Shown in pieces: positions 8,162 through 17,035 of a DNA stretch of 32,000 bases; within the stretch, counting starts at the first letter, position 1; each line of letters opens with the position of its first letter. The stretch is from Bellilinea caldifistulae (lineage in GTDB: Bacteria > Chloroflexota > Anaerolineae > Anaerolineales > Anaerolineaceae), in contig NZ_LGHJ01000017.1 of assembly GCF_001306055.1 (NCBI RefSeq), forward strand, positions 1 to 32,000, written 5' to 3'. The position numbers and the translations under genes were made by a program. Below the pieces are notes generated by a model. That model saw nothing but the letters and a program-made list of their open reading frames with translations, did no database searches and was not told the origin of the DNA.

Positions 8162-8916
8162 AGGTCGAAATCGCCGCCCTCAACCATACCTTTTTTACCC
8201 CTCAACCTCGCCCGGCGCTCCTTAATCTTGATTTACACATCCCCAGCGGGCAATTCGCTGCCATCATTGGACCGAGCGGATGCGGAAAGTCCACCCTGCT
8301 GCGGCTGATCGCCGGCCTGCTTCAGCCGACCAGCGGCAGTATCCTTCTGGATGGCAAAACCCCGGCGGAAGCCAACGCCGCCCGGCAGGTCGCCTGGCTG
8401 GCGCAAAGTCCGGCACTGCTACCCTGGCTGACAGTGGAAGGCAACATTGCGCTGGCTCGTAAACTGCTGGCAACCCGTCTCAACCATCAAATGAGCGTTC
8501 AACAGGCCCTCCAGCGGGTTGGGTTGGAAAATGCCGCCCGTGCCTACCCCTTTACCCTCTCCGGCGGTATGCAGCAGCGCCTTGCGCTGGCCCGCCTGCT
8601 GATTCAAAACGCTGGCCTGTGGCTGATGGACGAACCCTTTGCTGCTCTGGACGAAATCACCCGTGAACAACTGGCTGCCATGCTGCTCGATCTGTGGCAG
8701 CCGGCCCAGCCCACCGTTTTATGGGTCACCCACAATATTTACGAAGCCCTTCGCCTGGCCGAACGAGTAATCGTCCTTTCGCCAGCCCCCGGCCAGATGG
8801 TTGCCGATTTCAGCGTGGCTCTGCCGCATCCGCGTCGCGAAGATACACCCGCCTTTCAAAATCTGCTGTACGAAGTACGGACAGCCCTCAATCAGGCGGT
8901 GGAGGCAGCCGCATGA
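8158..8916 (+). CDS. ABC transporter ATP-binding protein, NitT/TauT (nitrate/sulfonate/bicarbonate-type) family
   Basis: Walker [10 protein letters not shown], signature LSGGMQQR, Walker [17 protein letters not shown] overlap with the regulator's stop. Confidence 0.9.
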   Translation: MKVEIAALNHTFFTPQPRPALLNLDLHIPSGQFAAIIGPSGCGKSTLLRLIAGLLQPTSGSILLDGKTPAEANAARQVAWLAQSPALLPWLTVEGNIALARKLLATRLNHQMSVQQALQRVGLENAARAYPFTLSGGMQQRLALARLLIQNAGLWLMDEPFAALDEITREQLAAMLLDLWQPAQPTVLWVTHNIYEALRLAERVIVLSPAPGQMVADFSVALPHPRREDTPAFQNLLYEVRTALNQAVEAAA

Positions 8917-9677
8917 AGAAACCGCAGCCGGGCGGCGGTCAGATAGCCGTGCTGATTGTGCTGTTCTTCCTGCTGGTTTGGGAAGCCGCCGTCAGCCTGT
9001 CGCAAATTCCAGTCTATCTGCTGCCGGCCCCCAGCCGCATCCTGCAAACCCTGTTTGAACACCCGCAACTCTACGCCCAGGCCAGCCTGCTGACCCTGGG
9101 CGAGGCGTTCGCCGGCCTGCTGATCGGCCTGCTGGCAGGGGTGTTGATTGCTTCGCTACTGACGCTGATGCCCGGTTTGGAAGAGGGGGTCATGACGCTC
9201 GCCATCTTGCTTAAATCCACCCCTCTTGTCGCAATTGCCCCGCTACTGACCATCTGGCTGGGGTTTGGTATTCTGCCCAAAATCATCATCACTGCACTGC
9301 TGACCTTCTTTCCGGTGCTGGTCAACGTCCTCAGCGGTCTCCAGAAGGCCGAAAATCACCATCTGGAGTTATTCCACTCCTGGCACGCCTCGCGCGGGGA
9401 GGTCTTTCGTTACCTGCGTGCCCCCAACGCCCTCCCCTACCTGTTTGCCGCCCTTAAAATTTCCGCTCCGCTGGCGTTGATCGGCGCGGTGGTAGCCGAG
9501 TGGACCGGCGCATCCGGCGGGTTGGGGCGGGTAATGTGGCTGGCCTACACCAACTTAAACCTTCCTTTTCTGTTTGCAGCCATTTTTATCCTCGCCGCGG
9601 CTGGTATGTCACTCTATCGCCTGACCGTCTGGTTGGAACGACGAATCATCTTCTGGCAATCCCATCCCGAACCTTGA
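8913..9677 (+). CDS. ABC transporter permease (SsuC/TauC-like)
   Basis: Start ATG 8913 overlaps the ATPase stop (ATGA). The protein is multi-TM with a BPD-transporter-like core. The longer ORF from 8694 is an in-frame artefact inside the ATPase gene. Confidence 0.85.
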   Translation: MKKPQPGGGQIAVLIVLFFLLVWEAAVSLSQIPVYLLPAPSRILQTLFEHPQLYAQASLLTLGEAFAGLLIGLLAGVLIASLLTLMPGLEEGVMTLAILLKSTPLVAIAPLLTIWLGFGILPKIIITALLTFFPVLVNVLSGLQKAENHHLELFHSWHASRGEVFRYLRAPNALPYLFAALKISAPLALIGAVVAEWTGASGGLGRVMWLAYTNLNLPFLFAAIFILAAAGMSLYRLTVWLERRIIFWQSHPEP

Positions 9678-9686
9678 GAGGTGAAC

Positions 9687-10682
9687 ATGCAACGCTTTAC
9701 TTCCCTTTCTCTGCTCCTCGTTCTCTTTCTGCTGGTTTCCGCCTGCACTCCTGCAGCCCCGCAGCCCTCACCAACCCCTGAGCCAGTTGCCCTGACTTTT
9801 ATGGCTGGTTACAAACCGCAGGCCAATTTACCGTTCGTGGGGGCTTATGTTGCCAAAGAAAAAGGTTTTTTTGAACGCGAAGGACTGGAAGTAACCATTG
9901 AGCATTCCGCCGGCCAGGGTGAGCATCTCCAACTGCTTACCGCCGGCAAGATTCAGGTGACCACCCAGGATGCCGCGGTGCTGCTGCAACGCCGCGCCGA
10001 CCCGGGTCTGCCACTGGTTTCGATTGCGCTGATCGGACAGCGCGGTCAGCAAGCCTACGCCGCCCTGGCTTCCTCCGGCATTCAAACGCCCAAAGACTGG
10101 GAAGGGCGTACGGTCGGATACAAGGGCACTCCCCCGCCCGACCTGTTCGCCCTGCTCAAAGCTGCCGGCGCCGATCCAGAGAAAATCTCGCTGGTCAATG
10201 TTGGCTTTGACCCGCGCATCCTCACCGAGGGCAAGGTAGATGTCTACCCGGTCTTCAAGTCCAACGAACCCTACCTGATTCGCTCTTGGGGGTATGAATT
10301 AACTCTTTGGGAAGCCGCCGATTACGACGTGCCGACCCTTGGCCTGACCTATGTAACTACGGAAACCATCCTGCAAGAACAACCGGAAGCCCTGCGCCGC
10401 TTTCTCAAAGCCGCCCTGGAGGGCATCCGCTACGCCGAGCAGCACCCCGACGAGGCAGTAGAGATTGTGCTGAAGTACACCGGCCCGCAGGCCGATCCGC
10501 AGCACATGCGCTACATGCTGGAAACCGAACTTGGCGATGCGAAATCCCCGCTGACCGAACAGTACGGCTACGGCTGGCAAACCCAGGAGCAGTGGTCGGC
10601 TTTGGCCGACTTGCTGGTACAGCAGGGCATCCTTCCGGCGGTAGAGGTTGAAAAGGCGTTTACTACCGACTTGTTGAAGTAG
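9687..10682 (+). CDS. ABC substrate-binding lipoprotein, NMT1/THI5 (SsuA-like) family
   Basis: Signal peptide with lipobox LVSAC. GAGAGG RBS 5 nt before ATG 9687. The family call is from general sequence similarity. Confidence 0.8.
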   Translation: MQRFTSLSLLLVLFLLVSACTPAAPQPSPTPEPVALTFMAGYKPQANLPFVGAYVAKEKGFFEREGLEVTIEHSAGQGEHLQLLTAGKIQVTTQDAAVLLQRRADPGLPLVSIALIGQRGQQAYAALASSGIQTPKDWEGRTVGYKGTPPPDLFALLKAAGADPEKISLVNVGFDPRILTEGKVDVYPVFKSNEPYLIRSWGYELTLWEAADYDVPTLGLTYVTTETILQEQPEALRRFLKAALEGIRYAEQHPDEAVEIVLKYTGPQADPQHMRYMLETELGDAKSPLTEQYGYGWQTQEQWSALADLLVQQGILPAVEVEKAFTTDLLK

Positions 10683-10794
10683 CTCGGCATGATCGTTACA
10701 TATATCACTAAAAAGAGATGTACTGATGCAGCCTGTTTTATGGTAAACTAATTTTCGCTGGCGGAGCACGCAGCCTTCGGCATGATAACGACAG

Positions 10795-10853
10795 CCTCAA
10801 AGGTGCAAACCGGTTCATCCGGTAGGGGCATGAGCATCTTTGAGGTTATTTTT
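10795..10853 (+). promoter_or_regulatory. Structured element plus T-run immediately upstream of the CDF gene RBS (candidate attenuator/riboswitch platform)
   Basis: CCTCAAAG (10795-10802) pairs with CTTTGAGG (10838-10845) and encloses a CCGG-ttcat-CCGG hairpin (10810-10822). It is followed by TTATTTTT, then GGAG and ATG 10871. Confidence 0.25.
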
Positions 10854-10870
10854 AATATAATGGAGAATGT

Positions 10871-11767
10871 ATGCGCTGGGTACGCGATTACACACCACAA
10901 CCCACCGAAAACGGTTTGTACCGGTCGGCATTACTGGTTACCATCAGTGGGAACGTTCTGCTGGCAGCCGTAAAAAGTCTGGCGGCTTACTTTTCCGGTT
11001 CGGTTGCCCTCTACTCGGATGCGGCTAACTCCATCTCGGATGTGTTGTATTCCGTCATGATGGTGCTGGGGCTGTATCTGGCTCAACGACCGCCCGATCT
11101 TTCACACCCACAGGGCCACAGCCGCTTCGAGCCGCTGGTCGGCACACTGATTTCGTTCTCGATGGCTTTTGCCGGTTATGAAGCCCTGCGTGCCTCCTTT
11201 ATCCGCTTTCAACAGGGCGGTCTGGCAATTGAACCTGGCTTACCGACGATTGCCCTGCTGTTCAGCGCAGCCGTTAAAGTGGGCATGTACCTCTTCATCC
11301 GCAACACGGCCCGCAAACTGACCAGCCCGACCCTCAACACCGCTGCTAAAGACAACTTGAGCGATGTGCTGACCTCCAGTGCCGCCTTCGTGGGAGCGTT
11401 TGGCTCCAAACTGATCCATCCGATCACCGACCCGATTGCTGGTTTTCTGGTGGCTATCTGGATCTTCCGCGCCGCTTTTCTGGCTGCCCGCGAAAATCTC
11501 AACTTCCTTACCGGTGCTGGCGCCTCGGAGGAATTGCGCCAGCGGATCATTCAGGAAGCCTCCTCCGTACCGGGCGTGCTGCGTGTCCATCACCTGATGA
11601 CCGATTACTCCGGGCCGCGCCTGATTGCCGACCTGCATGTCAACGTGGATGGCAACACCACCCTGACCGAGTCGCACCGGATTACCGATGAAATCATCGC
11701 CAGATTAGAAGCCATGCCCGAAATTGATCGCGCCTACGTTCACCTTGAACCCGACGATTGGGAATAA
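10871..11767 (+). CDS. Cation diffusion facilitator (CDF) family metal efflux transporter
   Basis: 298 aa. SGSVALYSDAANSISD in TM2 and HPQGHSRFEPL are typical CDF motifs. C-terminal cytoplasmic domain present. Confidence 0.85.
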   Translation: MRWVRDYTPQPTENGLYRSALLVTISGNVLLAAVKSLAAYFSGSVALYSDAANSISDVLYSVMMVLGLYLAQRPPDLSHPQGHSRFEPLVGTLISFSMAFAGYEALRASFIRFQQGGLAIEPGLPTIALLFSAAVKVGMYLFIRNTARKLTSPTLNTAAKDNLSDVLTSSAAFVGAFGSKLIHPITDPIAGFLVAIWIFRAAFLAARENLNFLTGAGASEELRQRIIQEASSVPGVLRVHHLMTDYSGPRLIADLHVNVDGNTTLTESHRITDEIIARLEAMPEIDRAYVHLEPDDWE

Positions 11768-11793
11768 ACACCTGGAGTTTAGGAAGGAACCCC

Positions 11794-13539
11794 ATGCGCC
11801 TGTCCGAACTGTTCAGCCAGACCCTGCGGGAATCCCCCGCGGAAGCCCAATCGCCCGGTTATGCCTGTTTATTACGCGCCGGATATTTCCGACAAGTAGC
11901 TGCAGGCATCTTTGCTGCGCTGCCACTCGGCCTGCGCGTTCAACGCAAAATTGAGCGCATCCTGCGCGAAGAAATGCAATCCATTGGCGGGCAGGAAGTC
12001 AGTCTGCCGGTGGTGCTACCAGCCGAGATTTGGAAGGAAAGCGGACGCTGGTACCGCATTGGAGCCGAAATGGCGCGCTTCAAAGACCGAGCCGAACGCG
12101 ATCTGGTGCTGGCAATGACCCACGAGGAATCGGTAGCCGATCTGGTGCGCCGCGAAATCCGCTCTCACCGTCAACTGCCGCGCTTGATCTACCAGATTCA
12201 AACCAAATTCCGCGATGATCCCCGCCCGCGTGCCGGATTGATCCGCGTGCGCGAGTTCATCATGAAAGACTCCTACTCGCTGGATGCTGACTGGGCGGGG
12301 CTGGAAAAGCAGTATCAGGCGCATTATGAGGCTTATCTGCGCATCTTCCGGCGAGTTGGGCTGCCGGTGATTGCCGTTGCCTCCGACAGTGGCATGATGG
12401 GCGGCAAACGCTCGCACGAATTCATGTACCTCAACCCGATTGGCGAGGATACGCTGATGCTGTGCGATGCCTGCGGTTATGCTGCTAACCGGCAGGTAGC
12501 CCGTTTTGCCAAACCGCAGCCACCGCAGGAAGAAGCCCTGCCTGTGGAGAAAGTCCACACGCCGCATACGCGCACCATCGAATCGCTGGCACGTTTTCTG
12601 GGCATCCCCGAATCCAGAACCGCCAAAGCCGTCTTTCTGACCGCCACCCTTGTCGAAAACAAGCAGTCTCAAGAACGGCTGGTGATGGTCATCGTGCGCG
12701 GGGATATGGAACTCAACGAGACCAAACTGGCTAACCTGATCGGCGCAGTTGACCTGCGCCCGGCAACTGAAGAAGAAATCCGCACCAGCGGAGCGGTGCC
12801 GGGATTTGCCTCCCCGGTTGGACTGCATGACTTACTGGTGGTGGTGGATGACCTTATACCCCATTCCCCCAATCTGGTAGCCGGCGCCAACGAGGAAGAT
12901 TATCACCTCCGGAATGTCAACTTCGGCAGGGACTATACCACGCCGCTGGTGGCCGATCTCACCGCCGCGCGAGAGGGCGATCCCTGTCCGCACTGTCAGG
13001 CGCCCCTGCGCGCCGAGCGCGGCATCGAAGTGGGCAACATTTTCCAACTCGGCACGGCTTATTCCGAAGCGATGGGATGCACCTTTCAGGACGAAGACGG
13101 GCAGGTCAAACCGGTAGTGATGGGCTCCTACGGCATCGGGGTGGGAAGGCTGATTGGCTGTCTGGCCGAAGCCTATCACGACGAAAAAGGCCTCAAATTG
13201 CCGGCGGTGGTCGCTCCGTATCAGGTTCATCTCGTATTGCTCAGCGGTAAGGACGGCGAAGCCGCCCGGCAAACTGCCGAGCGGCTCTACGAGCAAATGC
13301 AGGCAGCCGGTCTGGAAGTGCTTTATGACGACCGCGAAGAAAGCCCCGGTGTCAAATTCAACGACGCCGACCTGATCGGCATTCCCCTGCGCGTCACGGT
13401 TTCGAAGCGCACGCTTGAAAATGGAACGGTGGAAATTAAACCTCGCGGTGAGGAAGAAAAAGTCACCCTCCCGCTGGAAAACGGGCTGGCGTACCTTCAA
13501 GAACAACTCGCCCGGCAGAAAGAACAATTCAATTTTTAG
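11794..13539 (+). CDS. proS: Proline--tRNA ligase (bacterial type with editing insertion domain)
   Basis: MRLSELF...TLRE start, AMTHEE, class II motifs, about 580 aa. AGGAAGGA RBS before ATG 11794. Confidence 0.95.
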   Translation: MRLSELFSQTLRESPAEAQSPGYACLLRAGYFRQVAAGIFAALPLGLRVQRKIERILREEMQSIGGQEVSLPVVLPAEIWKESGRWYRIGAEMARFKDRAERDLVLAMTHEESVADLVRREIRSHRQLPRLIYQIQTKFRDDPRPRAGLIRVREFIMKDSYSLDADWAGLEKQYQAHYEAYLRIFRRVGLPVIAVASDSGMMGGKRSHEFMYLNPIGEDTLMLCDACGYAANRQVARFAKPQPPQEEALPVEKVHTPHTRTIESLARFLGIPESRTAKAVFLTATLVENKQSQERLVMVIVRGDMELNETKLANLIGAVDLRPATEEEIRTSGAVPGFASPVGLHDLLVVVDDLIPHSPNLVAGANEEDYHLRNVNFGRDYTTPLVADLTAAREGDPCPHCQAPLRAERGIEVGNIFQLGTAYSEAMGCTFQDEDGQVKPVVMGSYGIGVGRLIGCLAEAYHDEKGLKLPAVVAPYQVHLVLLSGKDGEAARQTAERLYEQMQAAGLEVLYDDREESPGVKFNDADLIGIPLRVTVSKRTLENGTVEIKPRGEEEKVTLPLENGLAYLQEQLARQKEQFNF

Positions 13540-15410
13540 CTGAATAACACATAATCCTGCAAAAAGCGCTCGGTTTGCTGGTAGAAGTCCTCAATCGTCT
13601 CCGGAGCGCGAAAGCCATGCCCTTCGCCGGGGTACAGGCGGAAGAGGTGCGGCACACCCAATCCGCGCAGACGTTCGACCAGCGCCTGATTTTGCGCGGG
13701 CGGTACAGCCTTATCTTCCTCACCTTGAAAGATCGCCAGCGCATCGCGAATTTGTGAAGCCTGAAAGAGCGGCGAGCGCTTGCGGTAGAGCGCGGCCGCC
13801 TGCGGAAATGGCGCAATCAGGCGATCGGTGTAGTAGCGCTCAAAGCGGTGCGTTTCACGCGCCAGCGCAATCAGGTCGGCTACCGGATAAAGCGCAATCC
13901 CGGCTTTGAACACGCCCGGGTAGCGTACCAGACAATTCAGCACGGTATAACCGCCGGCGCTGCCGCCCATCACCGCCATGCGCTGTTCATCCACCCGGCC
14001 CTGCTGAGCCAGAAAACGCGCCAGGCTGACCGTGTCCACTACGTCCGCCTCGCCCCAATGACCGTTCAAAGCCTGCTGGTACGTGCGCCCGTAACCGCTG
14101 CTGCCGCGGTGATTGACCTCCAGCCAGGCGTAGCCGCGGCTGGTGAAGTAAGCCGCTTCGCGTGGAAAATCCAGCACCACCGCCGAGGTCGGCCCGCCAT
14201 GGACGTGAACGATGAGCGGCGGCAGACCTTCGCCTTGCACCTGCGGATTCTGCGGCGGGTAAAACCAGCCGTAAACCCGACCCCCATCCGGGAGATTGCA
14301 TTCAATGGCTTGTGGCTCGGCAAACCACGTCTCCGGCAGCAGCCACGCATCCGTACAGGCAATCTCCTGCCAGCGGCTTCCATCCCAGCGCAAAACTCGC
14401 TCGGCCAGGCGCGGTGAGGATGCCAGCAAGGCAATTTCACCGCTGAGTGGGTGAACACTCAACTGGCGCAGCCATGTATAAGGTGCGGTGGGAATCACCC
14501 GCACCGCGCCGCTTTCGACTTCCACTTCACACAATTCTGCCAGCCCGGCGCGGTTGCGAATCACCAGCAACCGTCTACCGTCAGGCAGCCAGGCCAGCGT
14601 GCGCTGTCCCTGCACCCAGGCCGGCGTGCTGAGGTGAAAACCCTGCGCCGCGTAAACCAGCCGCTTTTCACCGCTACTCAGATCCAACACGATCAGATCA
14701 TCCCACTCCCCCTGCGCAGCAAGGTAGGCCAGCCGGCGGCCATCCGGCGAAAAGCACGGCTGGGCGAAGGCCGCCTCTTCGTGCCCGCCGGCAATCATCA
14801 CCTTTTCGGCAACTTGCGGCACTTCTCCTGCCAGCCGTGCCATTACCACCCTCGTGGCATCCCAGGGCATGTTCGGGTTCTCCCATTCCACCCACGCCAG
14901 CGCATTTCCATCCGGCGACCAGGCCGGCTGCATGTAAAAATCCGCCCGGCTGTCCAGGAGAATTGGCCAGCCGCCGTTGGACTCAACCAAACCTAATGCA
15001 GCCCGATCCCCATCCTCATGAACAAAAGCCAGCCAGCGGCCATCCGGTGAAGGCGCCGGTGCGCTGAACGCCCCCCAGGCTGGCGTCACAGCTCGAACGG
15101 CAGCCGTTTCGAAATCGTAACGCATGATCTGGCGGCCCTGCTGGACAAAATACAGGCTGTCCCCGCTGGCAGTAAATTCCCCGCCGCCGTAACCCACCCC
15201 ACCGCGCGCCGAATGCTCGAAGAGCAAATCGCGGCGGGCGCTACCTCCGGGTTGATAGACCAGCTGGCCCTGCTTTCCGCGGTTTTCCAGCCAGACCAAT
15301 CCATTGCCGCCAAACTGAACATCCTCCAGCCGGGCGCGCTGGGCCATGCGCCGCGCGCTGATGATGCTGGGCCAAAATCCGTAGGGCTGCCTGCGCTTTG
15401 CGTTACTCAT
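13536..15410 (-). CDS. S9 family serine peptidase (acylaminoacyl-peptidase / prolyl oligopeptidase-like) with N-terminal beta-propeller
   Basis: 624 aa. PD40-like repeats (WSPDG, FSPDGRRLAY), nucleophile elbow GGSAGGY, catalytic His context PGEGHGF. GGAGGAGGAAG RBS. Confidence 0.85.
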   Translation of the reverse strand: MSNAKRRQPYGFWPSIISARRMAQRARLEDVQFGGNGLVWLENRGKQGQLVYQPGGSARRDLLFEHSARGGVGYGGGEFTASGDSLYFVQQGRQIMRYDFETAAVRAVTPAWGAFSAPAPSPDGRWLAFVHEDGDRAALGLVESNGGWPILLDSRADFYMQPAWSPDGNALAWVEWENPNMPWDATRVVMARLAGEVPQVAEKVMIAGGHEEAAFAQPCFSPDGRRLAYLAAQGEWDDLIVLDLSSGEKRLVYAAQGFHLSTPAWVQGQRTLAWLPDGRRLLVIRNRAGLAELCEVEVESGAVRVIPTAPYTWLRQLSVHPLSGEIALLASSPRLAERVLRWDGSRWQEIACTDAWLLPETWFAEPQAIECNLPDGGRVYGWFYPPQNPQVQGEGLPPLIVHVHGGPTSAVVLDFPREAAYFTSRGYAWLEVNHRGSSGYGRTYQQALNGHWGEADVVDTVSLARFLAQQGRVDEQRMAVMGGSAGGYTVLNCLVRYPGVFKAGIALYPVADLIALARETHRFERYYTDRLIAPFPQAAALYRKRSPLFQASQIRDALAIFQGEEDKAVPPAQNQALVERLRGLGVPHLFRLYPGEGHGFRAPETIEDFYQQTERFLQDYVLFS

Positions 15411-15460
15411 CTGCTTCCTCCTCCTATTTGGTTAATTCTACCGGAAAAGCGCCATTGGAA

Positions 15461-15490
15461 TAAAAAAGACTGCCCGCTGAGGGGCAGTCT
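15461..15490 (-). terminator. Rho-independent terminator of trxA
   Basis: AGACTGCCC (15467-15475) pairs with GGGCAGTCT (15482-15490) around a 6-nt loop. On the minus strand it is followed by TTTTTTA. It sits 19 nt after the trxA stop. Confidence 0.6.
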
Positions 15491-15508
15491 TTTCGCATCC
15501 CAACCGCA

Positions 15509-15850
15509 TCAATCCTGCGGATGTACAACCAGATACGGCTCAAGGGTTTCTTTCAAGCGTTGCAAGGGCTGAAAACCGCTCATCCGCTTGACGGCCTCGC
15601 CGTTTTGGAACAGGATCAGGGTCGGCACACTCAGCACCATGAACTGCATGGCAAGGTCTGAAGCCTCATCCACATCCACCGATAAAATTTCCAGACGGTC
15701 ACCCCATTCCTGACTCAGGCGGGCAAGCTCGGGTTCCAGTCGCTTACAGGGACCGCACCAGACCGCCCCGAACTCAACCAGTACCGGTTTTTCCGTGCCA
15801 AGTACCCGTTGTTCAAACTCCTCTTCCGAAATGGTTTCGATTTCTTTCAT
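15509..15850 (-). CDS. trxA: Thioredoxin
   Basis: WCGPCK active site. Start placed at ATG 15850, 8 nt after GGAGG at 15859-15863. A minus-strand TATAAT at 15886-15891 makes the ORF-track start at 15883 unlikely. Confidence 0.85.
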   Translation of the reverse strand: MKEIETISEEEFEQRVLGTEKPVLVEFGAVWCGPCKRLEPELARLSQEWGDRLEILSVDVDEASDLAMQFMVLSVPTLILFQNGEAVKRMSGFQPLQRLKETLEPYLVVHPQD

Positions 15851-15943
15851 TCGCATTTCCTCCACTTCAACTAATGGTATCATTGATTATACTCCACGTG
15901 TCAAGACAACAATTCCATTTAGCAAAAAGATAACCAAACCTTA

Positions 15944-17035
15944 ATGAAACTTCAACTTCCCCATGGTCATCTTGACTTTCCCGCCTTTCTGCCGGACGCA
16001 ACTCTGGCGGTAGTGCGTACAGTCGATTCGCGTGACCTGCGCGCCTGCGGTATTCCGGCTCTGATGATGAACGCCTTTCACCTCATGCAAAAGCCGGGTT
16101 CCAGCGTGATTCAGGCTTTGGGCGGCCTGCACCGGATGAGCAACTGGGATCGCCCAATCTTTACCGATTCGGGTGGTTTTCAGGCTTATTCGCTCATCCG
16201 TCAAAATCCGCGCTTCGGCAAAATGGACGAACGCGGAATCACCTTTCAGCCGGAAGGCGGCCAGCGTAAATTCCTGCTCACACCGGAAAAGAGCGTTCAA
16301 CTGCAAATCGGCTATGACAGCGATGTGGTCATCTGTCTGGATGATTGCACCCATGTGGAAGCGCCCCGCAGCGAGCAGGAACTCTCTGTGCAGCGCACCA
16401 TTGCCTGGGCCAAGCGCGCCCGGCGCGAATATGATCGTTTGATGGAACAAAAGAAACTGACCGGAGGTCAGAGACCGCTCATTTTTGCGGTCATTCAGGG
16501 CGGAGGCGAACTTGACCTGCGCCGTCAATGCGCCGATGCCCTGTTAGAAATTGGTTTTGATGGCTACGGCTTCGGCGGTTGGCCGTTGGACTCTTCCGGA
16601 AGTCTACTGAGCGAGATTCTCGAATATACCCGCCAGTTAGTCCCAGCCCAGTATCCCCTCCACGCCCTGGGAATTGGGCATCCGCACAACGTGGTAACCG
16701 GCTGGCAGCTGGGTTACAGCATTTTCGACTGCGCCATGCCAACCCGTGATGCCCGTCATGGCCGTTTGTACACCTTCACCAATCCTCCCGGACAGGATGG
16801 CGGATTGAACGGCAACTGGCTGGAATACCTCTACATCAACGACGAACGCCACATGCGATCCAGCCGCCCCATCTCCGAGTGGTGCGACTGTCCGACCTGC
16901 CAGCAATATAGCCTCGGCTACTTACGCCACCTGTTCAAGATCAACGACAGCCTCTTTTTAAGGCTGGCAACCATCCATAATTTGCGCTTTATGACCCAGC
17001 TGACCGAGCGCATCCGCCTGAATTCCCATGCCTGA
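15944..17035 (+). CDS. tRNA-guanine transglycosylase (TGT) family protein, divergent
   Basis: 363 aa. TDSGGFQ, IFDCAMPTRDARHG, Zn motif CDCPTCQQYSLGYLRH, IHNLRF. Substrate-pocket segments differ from E. coli Tgt as I recall it (FLPDAT vs FMPVGT; GFGGWPLDSSG vs AVGGLAVGE; LHALGIGHP vs YLMGVGKP). Confidence 0.8.
   Translation: MKLQLPHGHLDFPAFLPDATLAVVRTVDSRDLRACGIPALMMNAFHLMQKPGSSVIQALGGLHRMSNWDRPIFTDSGGFQAYSLIRQNPRFGKMDERGITFQPEGGQRKFLLTPEKSVQLQIGYDSDVVICLDDCTHVEAPRSEQELSVQRTIAWAKRARREYDRLMEQKKLTGGQRPLIFAVIQGGGELDLRRQCADALLEIGFDGYGFGGWPLDSSGSLLSEILEYTRQLVPAQYPLHALGIGHPHNVVTGWQLGYSIFDCAMPTRDARHGRLYTFTNPPGQDGGLNGNWLEYLYINDERHMRSSRPISEWCDCPTCQQYSLGYLRHLFKINDSLFLRLATIHNLRFMTQLTERIRLNSHA

Noticed and set aside
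8694-8912. N-terminal extension of the permease ORF (327 aa version)
   Set aside because: The extension lies wholly inside the ATPase gene in another frame. ATG 8913 gives the classic ATGA-coupled start and a normal permease N-terminus.
10856-10861. TATAAT 9 nt upstream of the CDF ATG (leaderless-mRNA promoter?)
   Set aside because: There is no acceptable -35 at 16-18 nt spacing. A GGAG RBS sits between it and the ATG, which argues for a leadered transcript starting further upstream.
12016-13527. 270-aa and 231-aa minus-strand ORFs
   Set aside because: They are antisense to proS, whose identity is unambiguous.
15941-16528. 195-aa minus-strand ORF
   Set aside because: It is antisense to the TGT-family CDS and has no motifs.
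15944-17035. Reading the TGT paralog as a DpdA-type DNA 7-deazaguanine modification/restriction island
   Set aside because: There is no DpdB/ParB-like gene, no helicase or nuclease genes and no preQ0 synthesis (queCDE) genes anywhere in the window. The neighbours are RNA-modification genes. It is kept only as an alternative to test.
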